Of a DNA stretch of 64,000 bases, positions 1 through 12,371 are shown piece by piece. A program made the translations under genes and the position numbers. Below the pieces are notes generated by a model, which worked only from the letters and a program-made list of their open reading frames with translations, was not told the DNA's origin and made no database searches. The stretch spans positions 175,522,001 through 175,586,000 of the forward strand of contig NC_042997.1 in NCBI RefSeq assembly GCF_006345805.1. Direction: 5' to 3'. The first letter of the stretch is position 1. Each line of letters starts with the position of its first letter. This DNA comes from Octopus sinensis (taxonomy: Eukaryota).

Positions 1-679
1 CTCACTTTTTTTTTTGTTATAATTTATCTAAGGCTACAGTGTCTAATGTGTTCTTGCTTTTCTAAAAGAGTAGGTAGGTTATATTATGAGCTATTTCTGG
101 GTGGTTGAATGACCACATGAAGGTTCTCTGTTACAAATAGGAATCTACTTGATCAGACCAGCTCTTGGGCAATGCTAACCTTCTTAAAGTCACAAATATT
201 GTAATATTGTAATTTTCATTATCTTTAATCATCTTTCACCAAAATCACAGATTTCAATGCTAATAATTCAACTATAGTCATCATAGAAGAATGGATAAGC
301 TATGTCTGTCTTGTTAAAGCAGTCTTCTTAAGTATTGACCAAACAATTTACTGGGCTACTGATATTGAGCATTACTTGTTTATAATAAGCATGTCCATGA
401 AGGGAATACTGTATTGATTGAATAAATTGAATTCTTGTATATCTATTTTACTATTATGTCTCATCTGTTGCTATGAGACTTAATGTATTCATCTTAAATT
501 AGTAACCGCATGTGGAATTATTCTTTTGCTGTGCCTAAATATTACTGGATATCTAATAAAACAAGTTTTTTTTTCCACCCCAATTGTATTTCATATTTCT
601 TGGTTATCATGCTTATCACCAAGGAAGAATAAAATTAATCTCTCTACAGAAAGCTGATGATAAATTACTTGAATGTGTG

Positions 680-714
<35 letters not shown>

Positions 715-1138
715 AGAGAGAGAGTAGAGGCTTGGGACTTAGTGGTTAGGGTGTTGCATTCATGATTGTAAGATTGATGTTTTGATTCCTGGACCGTATG
801 ATGCATTATGTTCTTAAGTAAAACACCCTTCATTTCATGTTGCTCTAGTCCATTCAGCTTGCAAAAATGAGTAATCCTGCAATGGACTGGCATCCTATCC
901 AGGTGCATTATATTTGGAATAGTGGATTCTCAAAAGTACACAGAAAGCCACAAATTATATCCAACAGGGTTTTGCAACTCAATATTTACATGCTATTATT
1001 TATAGCTTTGTGTATATTTTAAGAATCCAGTATTCAAAAAGTAATCGTGTGTGTGTGTGATGGTTTTTGATAAGCAACGTCGATTTTTACAATTCTGTAA
1101 ATAATAATAGTATTTTATAAGCTTAAAGCTTACAAGCA

Positions 1139-1305
1139 ATCACAATGCAATGATTGAAGAAAATAGTCTAATAATGGGGCATATAAGCCCTCAGCTGAAA
1201 AAAAGTAGGTTTTCTTGTCCCACACATAGAGGAAGACCTACTTTTTCCATCAAGGGTTTATATGCCCCATTATTAGACTATTTCCTTTTGTCATAGCATA
1301 GTGAT
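1139..1305. repeat. Imperfect ~165-bp fold-back (MITE-like)
   Basis: 1161-1191 matches the reverse complement of 1253-1283 at 30/31 positions, with looser pairing on either side. Confidence 0.85.
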
Positions 1306-1455
1306 CATTTCTAAACTTCAAGATTATAAAATACTATTGTTATTATATATGTATGCACTTTCCTAGTGTTAGAATAGACTTGATACAATTACTGAGGATA
1401 GTTGTGTGAACCACACAATATCTTTTTTGTGTTATCATGATTTGAATATCCTAGT

Positions 1456-2076
1456 TTGTGTTCTGATCAGTAAGTATCCCGGCTGTTGCCATAGTAACGA
1501 AACTAAAGCACACGGAGTGAATCCGCTTGGCACAGATTGATCATGAACTCTGCTGTGCATGCACACTAAGTTTTACCGTTCTAGCTCATTTCTACTGTTT
1601 ACAGCAGTGCTTGGCAGGAACATGTGTAGCATGTGATCATCACATTGATCATGGCAGAGAATCTGCATCAAATTTTGCCAAAAACTTGGTGATACCTGCT
1701 CCATGCTGCAAACACATCTGCGATGTCTTTCTCAGTTCTGTTGGTTGCATGTCTCTCAGAATGTTCGTCAATATTGACATTTTTTCAGCCATCTTGGTAT
1801 CGTCTGAACCACTCATCACTCCTCTCCATACACTTTCTGCAACTTTGAGCAGGTATCACCATGTCAACTTTCTCTGTCATGGTCAATGTGACAATCACAC
1901 GCTACACACGTTCCTACCAAGCACTGCTGTAAACAGCAGAAGTGAGCTAGAATGTTAAAACTTAGTGCACCTACACAGCAGAGTTCAAGGTCAATTTTTG
2001 CCAAGCAGCTTTACTCTGTATGCTTTAGCTTCATTACTATGGCAACAGTCCAGATATTTATTGATCAGACCTCATA
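1456..2076. mobile_element. Mariner-derived fold-back element with ~200-240-bp inverted arms
   Basis: Arm ctgatcagtaagtatcccggctgttgccatagtaacg...gtgtagcatgtgat is mirrored at ~1870-2076 and ends in TA. The interior encodes mariner N-terminal remnants (ICIKFCQKLGDTC on +; EWFRRYQDG*KNVNIDEHSERHAT on -). Confidence 0.8.
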
Positions 2077-2474
2077 TATATTATGCTAAAATCTTTTTGA
2101 AATGAAATATTTTTCATCAAAATTTTAAGTTAGATAAGAACACTTTTGTATGGGTGGTCTTAAAAGAAGTTTGTATTAAAAACGTACAACACATGTAAAT
2201 TCATAGTCTATTAGTGTTTCTGTGTGCATTTATACATGTTTGAATATATTCTTATATCTATGTGTCCTTGTTTTCCATTGTCTGGCATGTACCCCAGAAC
2301 ATATTTCAATATTTGCAATTGAATGAATTATTTTGATGAAATTCATACTTCAATGGAATACTTAGATGCAATTCATACTTCAGTGTATTATTGGAAAACA
2401 CAATACTTCCACATGTTTTACATTTTCATAAACATACATACATATATATTTATTTATTTATTTTCTATTTACAG

Positions 2475-2528
2475 AGGTTAAGAACTGAAAACAGATTGCT
2501 ACGACAGCGGATAGAAAACTTGGAAAAG
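2475..2528 (+). CDS. EVI5: EVI5-like exon (first visible coding exon; gene is 5'-partial): RLRTENRLLRQRIENLEK
   Basis: ttttctatttacAG acceptor, GTtatt donor, 54 nt, phase 0/0. The peptide closely matches the remembered EVI5 segment RLRTENRLLKQRIETLEK that follows the TBC domain. Confidence 0.93.
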
Positions 2529-3053
2529 GTTATTATTACTTTACCATTCTTCTCCAAATAATATTCATTATTACATGTTGTGTGTGTGTGTGTTGTTTGT
2601 ACACAAATAGGTCATTGTAAATAGTGTAGTGGCTATTACTTCAGGCAGTTGTAACAGTGGTTGTTGATTGTTATTTTTAGAATAGGTCAACAGAATCAGC
2701 AGAGTTGCAGGCAAAATAATGCCTTTCTCAGAATTACTTTTATATCCTTTTACTTTCTAATTTTGAATCCTGCTGTGGTCAGTTATGTTCTTTCTTTTTT
2801 TTTTCTATTGTCTTTCCAAGGTTAATCAAGGTTATAGTAGAAGACACTTCAGTAAGTGTCTTAAACTATACCCTTGGACTGACCAATGACTTGTGAATAT
2901 AATTGCAAGATAAGAATTGTATGAAAGCTTGTCGTGTGTGTGTGTGTGTTTGTACGCATGTGTGTGTGCACAATTATTATCCACATACTTTTGTACTGAC
3001 ACTGGTTAAACAACATTGTTGTTATATTTACATCTCCTGTAAACTTGTCTGTA

Positions 3054-3894
3054 AACCAGAACAGCCTTAACAATTTGAGAAGCCCTGTAAGGTGCTATGA
3101 ACACTGCCCCCTTTCTGCAGACTAACTTGAAAAAGACAACTGAATTTCCAAGAGAAATAACCTAGTTGCTCTTGAGAAATGAGTATGTATACAACTGTGA
3201 GCATCTCTTTGTGTCTATGGGTACATTACATCCTCTAACTTGTCTATTTTGCTATGTGAGAACCATTAAAATAAAGTACCTTATTTGAAAGTATACATTG
3301 GTAACAGGAAGGCCATCAAGCTGTGGAATATTGCTTCAAGAAATTTCCAAACCATGCCAGCATGGGAAAAGTTGATGTAAAAAGTGACGAAGGGTTATAT
3401 TTTGTTATTTTCAGGAATCAGCATCTCTGGCAGATAAGCTGATCCAAGACCAAGTGACTCGAGCGCAGGAAGCTGAAGAAACTTTTATACTGAAAAACCA
3501 ATTGGCATCAGGAAAGCAACAGTTACATGAAACACAAAGGAAATTACAAGAAGCTGACAAATTAATTTCAGAGATAAAGGAGCGTGTAAGTATTCTTTTT
3601 TTCACCCATTATTATTTATACACCCTTAAACACGTCTACAAATGCTTGGCCCCACAATCTCTGATGAACTGTTTCTACCCCAATATCAACCTGCCGGATA
3701 CAGTTTAGACTGAGCAGCAACCAAAACAGCCTTAACTATTTGAGACGCTCTGCAAGGTGCTATGAACACTGCCCCCTTTCTTCATACTAACTTGAAAAAG
3801 ACAACTGAATTTCCAAGTGAAATAACCTAGTTGCTCTTGAAAAATGAATATGTATACAGCTGTGAGCATCTCTTTGTGACTATGGTTACATTAC
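3054..3894 (+). repeat. Pair of ~175-bp direct repeats (3054-3229, 3719-3894) flanking an EVI5 exon; possibly CR1/L2-like LINE 3' fragments
   Basis: acagccttaac..tttgaga.gc.ctg.aaggtgctatgaacactgccccctttc...gcatctctttgtg.ctatgg.tacattac is present twice. The longer copy has upstream KHVYKCLAPQSL, which is LINE C-terminal-like. Confidence 0.85.
3415..3585 (+). CDS. EVI5: EVI5-like exon: ESASLADKLIQDQVTRAQEAEETF...ISEIKER
   Basis: ttattttcAG acceptor, GTAAGT donor, 171 nt, phase 0/0. Matches the EVI5 motif ESASLADRLIQGQVTRAQEAEE. Confidence 0.96.
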
Positions 3895-4613
3895 TTTATT
3901 GCCTAATTCTACATATTCAGTTTACCAAGAAGAAATAGAATTAGCATTTTATAAGGAGGAAGTTGTTTTTGTTTGATTCTCCCCCCCCCCCCCGCCCGTT
4001 TTCTTTCATTCTCCAGAATATTAAAATGTATCAGTCCTAGTTTTACCTCTTGATTGATAGTAATGAGATAAATGACATATTACTTAACTTATTAGGATTT
4101 ATTGAGACACTAGCAAAACTCTTCTCATCATGTAATGTATAACTAAGTCGCCATAGCGCAGCACATCCCACTTTACTCAATATCTTCAGGAAGAATTTAT
4201 GTCAGACTGCAAATTAACAAACTATATATCAGGCAATGTTACTACTGTTTGGGGTGTTCAGTTGCATCATCCCCTGTGCCCTCTTCCAAATGGAGACTGA
4301 CAACCTGCAGTATTTGACCTTAGGACTTGTTAATGGTCAATGCATAACTGACTCTCAGTGGGAATTGCAATCGTTTGAAACAAAAGGGGACACCTGTTGG
4401 TATTAGTGGTATTCTAGGCATAAATACAATGTCTCGCTTACCACTTCCAGTGAAGATTTTTGCTTCGATAATGGTCAAAGTAATTTAAATGACAAGAAAA
4501 ACATGAAATAGTATCAATTTTATTTAGTGTTTTCAGTGGTCAGCATATAAAAAACAAGCTTTGCTTTTTGTAAGTATATATAGACATTACGATCAAATAC
4601 TATGTGGAAGCAC

Positions 4614-4843
4614 CATCCGTTTGTGGCTGTTGCCAGCCTCGCCTGGCCCCTGTGCCGGTGGCACGTAAAAAGCACCCACTACACTCATGGAGTGGTTGGT
4701 GTTAGGAAGCGCATCCAGCCGTAGAAACATTGCCAGATCAGACTGGGCCTGGTGCAGCCTTCTGGTTTCCCAGACCCCAGTTGAACCGTCCAACCCATGC
4801 TAGCATGAAAAGCGGACGCTAAACGATGATTATGATGATGATT
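4614..4843 (+). mobile_element. RTE 3'-tail fragment. Further copies: ~21622-22090 (-), 33003-33510 (-), 34604-34870 (-), 48541-48940 (-), 53590-53712 (+), 54660-55030 (-), 56740-57013 (+), 57250-57325 (+), 57425-57525 (+), 7430-7670 (-, old), 28440-28750 (-, old)
   Basis: Shared sequence gtggcacgtaaaaagcacccactacactc...ggaagggcatccagc...ccatgctagcatggaaagcggacgttaaacgatgatg, the same kind as the 3' end of the LINE at 53090-53275. Confidence 0.9.
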
Positions 4844-5055
4844 GCTAGAAATAGGAGCCAATACACTACCAACTCACCCCACCAATCCCTTTCAGAAAAT
4901 AAATGCACATTTATCTGTGGAATAGTCAAATTAATTTAAATGACATGTAAAACCTGAAATATTATCAATTTTATTTAGTGTTTTCAACATACAAAGAAAC
5001 AAACTTTGTGTTTTACAAGGATAGAGATATATCTATGTACTTTTCTTGCTTTCAG

Positions 5056-5211
5056 ACTGATTCAATCAATGTAGCCACTGTACTTGATGATAAGATTGCT
5101 CAGCATCTAGTGCAGCAGCTGCAGGAAGAGCTGATATCAGTGCGGTTAAAAGATAATGAAACAGCTGCTGTGATTAAAGATATGAAAGTTAAAATCAAAG
5201 AACTTGAAGAT
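5056..5211 (+). CDS. EVI5: EVI5-like exon: TDSINVATV...LQEELISVRLKDNETAAVIKDMKVKIKELED
   Basis: ttcttgctttcAG acceptor, GTAAGT donor, 156 nt, phase 0/0. Coiled-coil repeat LQEELIxVRL. Confidence 0.94.
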
Positions 5212-5369
5212 GTAAGTAGATTTCTCTACTAATTGATTTGGTAAATTTTATTGTTATTGTTTAATTCCCATATCAACTCCCATCCACCTGATCTATTATT
5301 ATTAAAGATGTGCTAATCATAACCATTATATTTGTTTGTATATCAGAGACTACATTGTTCGATGTATCT

Positions 5370-5596
5370 TTAACCCTTTAGTTTTCTGATTATTCTATCA
5401 AACATAATGCTTATTGGGTCATATTGATTTGAATTAATCATGCATTATCTCATATCTTCAAGATCTTGATGGTGTAATTACTTAATGTAGAATAACATTG
5501 TAGGGTAGGTGTGAGGGCCTGGATCTGGTCAGTCTGAACATAAAACAGATTAAATATTTTGGCCGGATATGGCCGGTTTAAATACTAAAGGGTTAA
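5370..5596. mobile_element. piggyBac-type MITE family 1 (~225 bp). Other copies: 20261-20487, 31695-31921, 39738-39953, 60331-60557; half copy ~44300-44387
   Basis: TTAA-CCCTTT...AAAGGG-TTAA ends (TTAA target duplication and CCC-starting TIR, typical of piggyBac) around a shared internal sequence. Confidence 0.82.
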
Positions 5597-6825
5597 GATG
5601 GTAGGATCAGATTTGAGTGACCTTTGCTGCTATTTCTTGTGGGTTGAGCGGCCATGTAGAACATTGGTCATTTGCTTGATTGACTTGGTATTAACAGTAA
5701 TAGTTGCTTGATGCAATCAATTACTGGTCAAGTACTCAATGGCATATTGGTTGCTAGCTGGTCAAACATTTGAATATAACTAACAAATCCATACATCATT
5801 TTTTTGTCTAGTTGAGCATCACACACTATATTACTCTAGCCTATAGCCATTTATCACATGGTGGACCATGAAAAATACCAATTCATGGCAGTGGATTGGC
5901 AGAGTTGTTATAGAATCAGGGTGGATACCTTACAGCATCTGTTCCAATTCATTGTATCCTGACAGTAATGATATAGATGCTTAGCTATCTTGACCCAAGT
6001 CAGCAGCCTTTCTTTTGGCCACATATAAGTGGTATACAGAGAAGAGACTTATATGCATAGGTAGCTATGCCAGTCTTTCTAAACAGATCTTGGCCCAGCC
6101 TGCTCAAACATATGCAAATGCATAGTTAGCCTTGACCGCCAGAGGCCCTAATTTTTTTTTTTTTTTTCACAGACGTGTTCTGTATCATATCAGGTACCAG
6201 TTTTTCCAAAATATTCTCATTAGTCCAGATGCACTATCATGCATTTTAGGATGTTTTCCATTTCTCTCCTCTGCCTAAAATATAAACAAACCTCCTAATC
6301 TTTTCTCTCTTATTTAACCAATGAGATGTGGTGAGGTAAACGATCCTCTATATATTTTATCTATTTTTGTGAAGGAAGTGGAAGAAGAAATGCTCTTAAA
6401 TATTGTATTTATTAGATACAAGACAACATTTTTATCACTGTTGACCTAACTCCACTATGTTACTAATACTGGTACAACTTTGATTCTCCAGAACCTTTTG
6501 GTTTCAAACCATTTCCAGATTACTGATTTTTCTGAACCAAGGGTGGTCAACAATTTCTAAATTAAACTAATATTGAATTTTCTGAAAATAATTAAATGAA
6601 ATACAGACACCTGTACATTAGTGTAAATGATACAAGTTTATCAATACTATACTGTACAAGGTACCAGTAAACTGGTTTTGAAGCTGCAAGAATTTGAAGT
6701 TCCTGCTCATAAATTAGTGTGGATTATAAGCAGTTCCAGACCAAACCTTCAATATCTGTACTTATTTTATCACCTCCTCTTTATGTGCCAACTTTGTAAT
6801 AATCTTCTACTACTTAACATTTCAG

Positions 6826-6972
6826 ACAAACCAAATGTTACAGCGAGCTCCAAGTAATGATGTCCAGCATTTACAAGAAGAACTTATTGCTGTGAAGTTA
6901 CGAGAAGCTGAAGCTAATTTGTCATTGAAGGAACTCCGTATGAAAGTTAATGAGCTTGATCAGTTCTGGGAG
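6826..6972 (+). CDS. EVI5: EVI5-like exon: TNQMLQRAPSNDVQHLQEELIAVKLREAEANLSLKELRMKVNELDQFWE
   Basis: aacatttcAG acceptor, GTTAGT donor, 147 nt, phase 0/0. Contains the EVI5 hallmark LQEELIAVKLREAEA. Confidence 0.96.
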
Positions 6973-8570
6973 GTTAGTAGCTTGTCTTAATTTACACCAA
7001 AACGAAATATTGTTCTCTGTTGGTTGTGAAATACATTGCTGCAGACAGGCACGGGCATGGCTGTGTGGTTAGGGAGCTTGCTTCCAAGCTAAATGGTTTC
7101 GGGTTCAGTCCCACCATGTGGCACCTTGGGCAAGTGCCTTCTGCTATAGCCCCGGGCCGACCGAAGCTTTGTGATTGAATTCGGTCGGCGGAAGTTACTG
7201 CCGTGTGTGCATATATGCGTGTAGGTGCTTGTGCCTCTCCGAAAGAGAGAGAGAGGATTTAGGGAATTCCTGACAACTGAAATATATTTAGACAGTATAT
7301 GCCAGCATGGTAAATGATGATGAAGATGGTGTCATGTACACAAAATTTTTTATATCATACACATATTGATATAGAAAACATATCATCATTCATCAATATC
7401 TTACATCTATTTTCCCATGCTGATATGTGTTAGACTAATCTCACAGTTTCTCAGCAACTAGCATAGTCCTTCATTCTTCTGACTCAGCAACAGACCAAAT
7501 CAGTTAACTGTGTTACATCTTTACTTTTGACATGGTTTTATAACTGGATGCCCCTCTTATCACCAACCTCTTAGAGCATGTGGAGGGTGTGTATTGTCTC
7601 CATTTGTTCTTTCCTTTTCAGCATAGTTTTACAGTGGGGTACCCTTCCTAACACAAATCACTTTACAGTGTCAGCTATGTTCATACTCATAAAATCCATA
7701 ACAATTACTATACGTTTAGATTTAGCAAATAATCAAATCATTGATTAGTAGTGACAGGCATTTATAGCTGGTAAATGTCATACAATTCGTCTTCACTTGA
7801 CTCACTTGTTGACATACTGTTGATGAAATGCAAACCCAATAACTTTATATTCTGATATCAGATTCTCCATTATGCTAACAAAGTGTCTTAAAGGCAATAC
7901 AGATCTGATGTCTGAATAAGAAATGGTTGAGCCAACTACTGACCAGGCATTTGGTTAGATTCTGTTGGCTTGTCAAAACATATCTATTTTATAACTTAGT
8001 TGCTGCCATAAACCTGACACACACAGCTAACTAGCAACTGTTTTATGCCAACTGATGGTCTATGCATGACATGGACGAATGCACAGTCCTACAGGTGTGA
8101 TAATATCTAAGGTTACAGTTTCACAGCTAGCTGCACACAAATTGACAGGGTTATAAGAAAGTAAAACATACCACTTTCTCTCTATCTCCTTCCCACTCAC
8201 TTGTTCTCTTCAATTTCTAAACTTGTCTGTTGAGAAGAGGTTGCCATTCATTTAGAATTATTTTCAGGAATTAATCCCATTGGCAGTTTCTGATAACTAT
8301 TGCAGATAGATGTGTCTTCTGGATCAAAGATATCTAGATGTCTGTTCCTTATTTTCAAGAACCTATTGGATAATGATATTCATTCTTGTTTACTATGTTT
8401 GGTTTCATTTTGTGTGAGCATATGATGCTTTTACACTGATAGTATAAACGCTGGAAGGTAAAGTTGACCACAGTGGCATTTGAACTCAGAATGTGAAGAG
8501 CTGGAAAAAATACTGCTTATCATTTTGTCCAACACATGAACAATTCTACCAACTCACTGTCTTAAAACAA

Positions 8571-8604
<34 letters not shown>

Positions 8605-9184
8605 TTATGCTGCTGCTTTAGGATACAAAGATAGAAATTTTAGAAGAGTGGAGGTTAACTGATTACCCCCACCTCACTCCTCACTAGTGTACTTAGCTGG
8701 TACTTTATTTTATTGACTACAGAGAGATGAAAGGCAAAATCAACTCAGAACATAAACAAAAAAAGTGGCAGTCAACATATGACAAGATACTTTGTCTGAT
8801 GCATTTACAATTCTACCCAATAATAATAATAATAATTTCAAATTTTGACAAAAGGCCAGCAATTTTGAGGGAGAGGATAAGTCAACTACATCAATCCGCC
8901 AATGTTCAACTGGTACTTATTTTATCAACCCTGAAAAGATGAAAGGCAGAGTCAGCTTTGGTGGAATTCGAACTCAGAGCACAATGATGGACAAATTGCC
9001 ACTAAGCATTTTGACTACTTTGTCAACTTAATAATAATAGTTGTTGTTCTCTTGGTTTGTATTTCTTTTTATTTGTGTATTGAATTATTCCTTTTGTTTT
9101 TCTTTACTATCATAAAATATTGTTTTTGTTTTTTTTTTTTTTGTTTTTTTTATAATAAACTCTAATTTTCCATTACTCCTACAG

Positions 9185-9349
9185 AAACATTGTAAGAATA
9201 ACTTTTCACCAAATGTTTCTGAAGTGAAAAATTGCAAACATGAAGTGCGGATTCTCCAAGAAGAACTGATGACAGTAAGGATAAGGGAAGCCCAGTCTCT
9301 CTCAGCTCTGAAAGAGATGAAACAAAAAGTGATGGAACTGGAAACACAG
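9185..9349 (+). CDS. EVI5: EVI5-like exon: KHCKNNF...LQEELMTVRIREAQSLSALKEMKQKVMELETQ
   Basis: ctcctacAG acceptor, GTAAAG donor, 165 nt, phase 0/0. KVMELETQ motif. Confidence 0.95.
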
Positions 9350-9981
9350 GTAAAGACATGAAAAGGAGCAATTCCAATGAAATCCCTCTTCCTCCACACT
9401 CTCTCCTCTTCTAAAATTAACATGACACACTCCACTATATCCAGCCTTCCAATCACCATAGTGTTCTCATTGTAATGTTCTGAAACAACAAGCAAAATTA
9501 TATGTAGAAAAAGAAAATTTTTGTCCACTTTTCTAACTTTGTCTCAGTTTTGTATATTCCAGTCCTAACTTTGATATGACCTTTTTACTTTTATTTGAAT
9601 CTTCTCAATTAATTTAATGAGAATAATATCATTCCTGCCCATATTAGCATAATAAAATTTGTAAAGACTTACAATTGCGCAATCACATCCCAACCAGTTG
9701 ATTTCTTTGAAGTGTGTGTAGTATGTTTGAATTCTAATATTTTAACATAGAAGTATGGGTGCTTTGAAAAGTTGTTTTCAGAATGCTAAATCATGAAACT
9801 TATGTTACTAATAATGTTCATGATGTTTTTGTAATTCTGTGTGGTATGAGACAAAGACAGATATATATAAAAAAAAATTGGGGTATTTTCTGTGTCTCTA
9901 TAGTATTACTAAATATTGATGTCAGCTAATTTAAGGACAGTTATCTTGATTTATTTAATCACTTGCTATATAGAACATTTA

Positions 9982-10192
9982 AGCCGGTGAGCAGAAACGT
10001 TAGCACGCCGGGCAAAATGCTTAGCGGTATTTCGTCTGCCGTTACATTCTGAGTTCAAATTCCGCCGAGGTCAACTTTGCCTTTCATCCTTTCAGGGTCG
10101 ATAAATTAAGTACCAGTTACGCACTGGGGTCGATGTAATTGACTTAATCTGTTTGTCCCCTGTATGTTTAGCCCCTTGTGGGTAATAAAGAA
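9982..10192 (+). mobile_element. tRNA-headed SINE family B. Other copies: ~25184-25418, 30565-30790, tandem pair 61361-61590 and 61590-61795 (+); degenerate (-) copies at 2690-2790, 8440-9030, 56085-56240
   Basis: agctggcagaaacgttagc head, B-box-like GAGTTCAAATTCC, and conserved core gcctttcatcctttc(g/a)gggtcgataaattaagtaccag. Confidence 0.88.
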
Positions 10193-10369
10193 ATATATAT
10201 ACATATACTTATAGAACATTTTTTTTTAATAATAAGTTTAATTTCAAAAATTTTGAATTACCCTAATGTAATTATTGACAGTAACGATTACACAATAAAA
10301 ATAAACGTTAAAATATTTAAGACATTTGTTTTCAATAAAATGGAATGTTTATCAAGAAAAATGAAATCA

Positions 10370-11400
10370 TATTTTACTATTATGAGGCTGAGTACCCAAA
10401 ATTTCTCAAAGAAGGATCACGTCAAGTTTGCTGATCAAATCTGGAATATCTTTCCATTTTTTTTACTATATAATGATGCAATTTGCTCAGTATCCTGTAT
10501 TTCCTTTGTTGTATACTCATCTTGACCAATTTTTATAAGTTTTTCTATTCGATTTAAATTTAAGGATTTTGTTGGTGATTGAGGCATTTGGATTTTCTTG
10601 CAATTGATAAATTCTTTGATTACTTTTGAAGTATGCTTTAGATTGTTGTCATGCCAAAATAGCCATGGCTGACCCAAATAACCCTTAGCATTTGGAAGCA
10701 TAGTTGCTCTAAGGTCTCTAGTTAGGATGTCTTTTTCATAATGTCTTTGATATATGAGACTAAACCTATTTTGTAGATATGCAGTATGACATTACCCTCA
10801 CTATGCATAACTGTTGGATTCTTGCAGATTGAGTGAAATCTGAGTGCAATGTTGGATGTACACTCAAATGTCAGAGCCAAATTTAATTGAATTTGGACTC
10901 ATCTGATCCAGAGATTTTTTTTTTTTTTTTTAATAGTCTAATGATGTCCAAATCTTATGCTTCTGAGCAAATTGACTGCAAACACCCCCTTTTCTTCAAA
11001 GAAATATTTGCTTTTGTACATACAATATGTCTCACAAACTCATACTGCTTTAGTTGGCTTTTGATGATGTCGCCACCAATTTTCACATAACGTTTCTGTC
11101 AAATGTCATGCAAAATATTGACAACAGTCATTTTCCTGGTCTTCATCAATAAATGTTGAATGTATTGGTCTACTCTTTTACTAGGTTTTTTTTTCTCTTC
11201 CCCCAACTAAACAGATCATATACAGTCAGAATAGCTACTAGTTTTATTGAAGATGTTTTAAGCTTAGCAAGCAATGATTAGACTCAAAATTTCCACTTTG
11301 GCTCAATCAAGCTGCACAATTCTCAGTTGCATTTCTGTTGTACTTTTTTTTAATACCCATCACAACAGATCTTATGAACGATATACTCATATAATTATTA
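10370..11400 (-). pseudogene. Decayed Tc1-like transposase / element
   Basis: Minus-strand fragments SDESKFN (first catalytic D) and HDNNLKHTSKVIKEF...QSPTKSLNLNRIEKL, resembling DNDPKHTS / SPDLNPIEN of DD34E transposases. Many lesions; boundaries approximate. Confidence 0.75.
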
Positions 11401-12371
11401 ACAGTTTGTCTTACTTAGAATATAGTATTGAATATTAAAATACTTTTTTCCCAAAATGTTTTAAAATTAAGTAGCATTCATTTTTGTAGTTTGATTAGTG
11501 CTGTTATTAATTTGCATGTTTAAACTTGCATAATTTAAAAGAGTAAACAGTTTCTTTCTCTTCATATATAGTTTAAATTGTAAATGATTAAATAAATAAA
11601 AGAAGCTGACATTTAGTTGTCAGTATATTCTTGTCCTTAAACTAAGTGACTCTGTATACTTTTTTTATATAAGTATATAGGCATAAATAATTTTGTGTGT
11701 ATGTGTGTGTATATATATATATATATAGCTTTATAAGAAGAAAGCTGACTGTCAACCTTTTCCTTGTAAAAGTTAATAAATATGTACTCTACAAAAAAGG
11801 ATTGAGTAATCCTTCAGTTAAATGTTAAATTGTTTTTATATAATTTCACATAAAATACGGAAAACACGTATGATATTCAATGCTTTATATAACCTACACA
11901 CATTTCAGCAAATTATTGTCAAGATAGCATAATTGTTGTTGAAACATATAATCTTGCAAAATACTTCTTCAGTGCTCAGCACTGCACTGGATTTAGAAGT
12001 GGAGTGTGGCATCCTCTACTGAGCCCAAAATCAATTCAACAAAGAGAATTTCTAACACCTTGATATCACCCAGATTACTTAATAAGGCCCTTATTTTGAC
12101 TATAAAGATTTCATATATCACATAAGATGAGATTAATATTATTCTGTGGGCTAGGAGAACTCTAATTTCTTTTCAAGGTGACCTTTGGCATTGACACTTC
12201 TAGGACCAATGAGTTTGACATAATAGGGTTTTTTGGATTCCGCCCAGGTTACTGAGCTTGTTAGTCTATATGTACTCTACCAGCCGAGGGAGAATGTTCC
12301 AAATCTGAGGTGGGAAGGGGCAGACTTTATAGGGATTAGCTCACCTAATCACTTCTGAATGTTCCCTGTGT

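Noticed and set aside
650-680. Possible micro-exon after tctctacAG at ~650
   Set aside because: No convincing donor, not phase-compatible, and no EVI5-like peptide.
1527-1958. 143-aa plus-strand ORF
   Set aside because: Lies wholly within the mariner fold-back and is largely off-frame or antisense to transposase remnants.
4593-4793. Recurrent ORFs such as MDGSTGVW...[10 protein letters not shown] (also 21681-22046, 33180-33588, 48585-48989, 56508-56906)
   Set aside because: All are translations of the noncoding RTE 3' tail; their similarity reflects the repeat, not a protein family.
9085-9528. 147-aa minus-strand ORF (also 3411-3605, 35345-35548, 36620-36808)
   Set aside because: Antisense shadows of real EVI5 exons.
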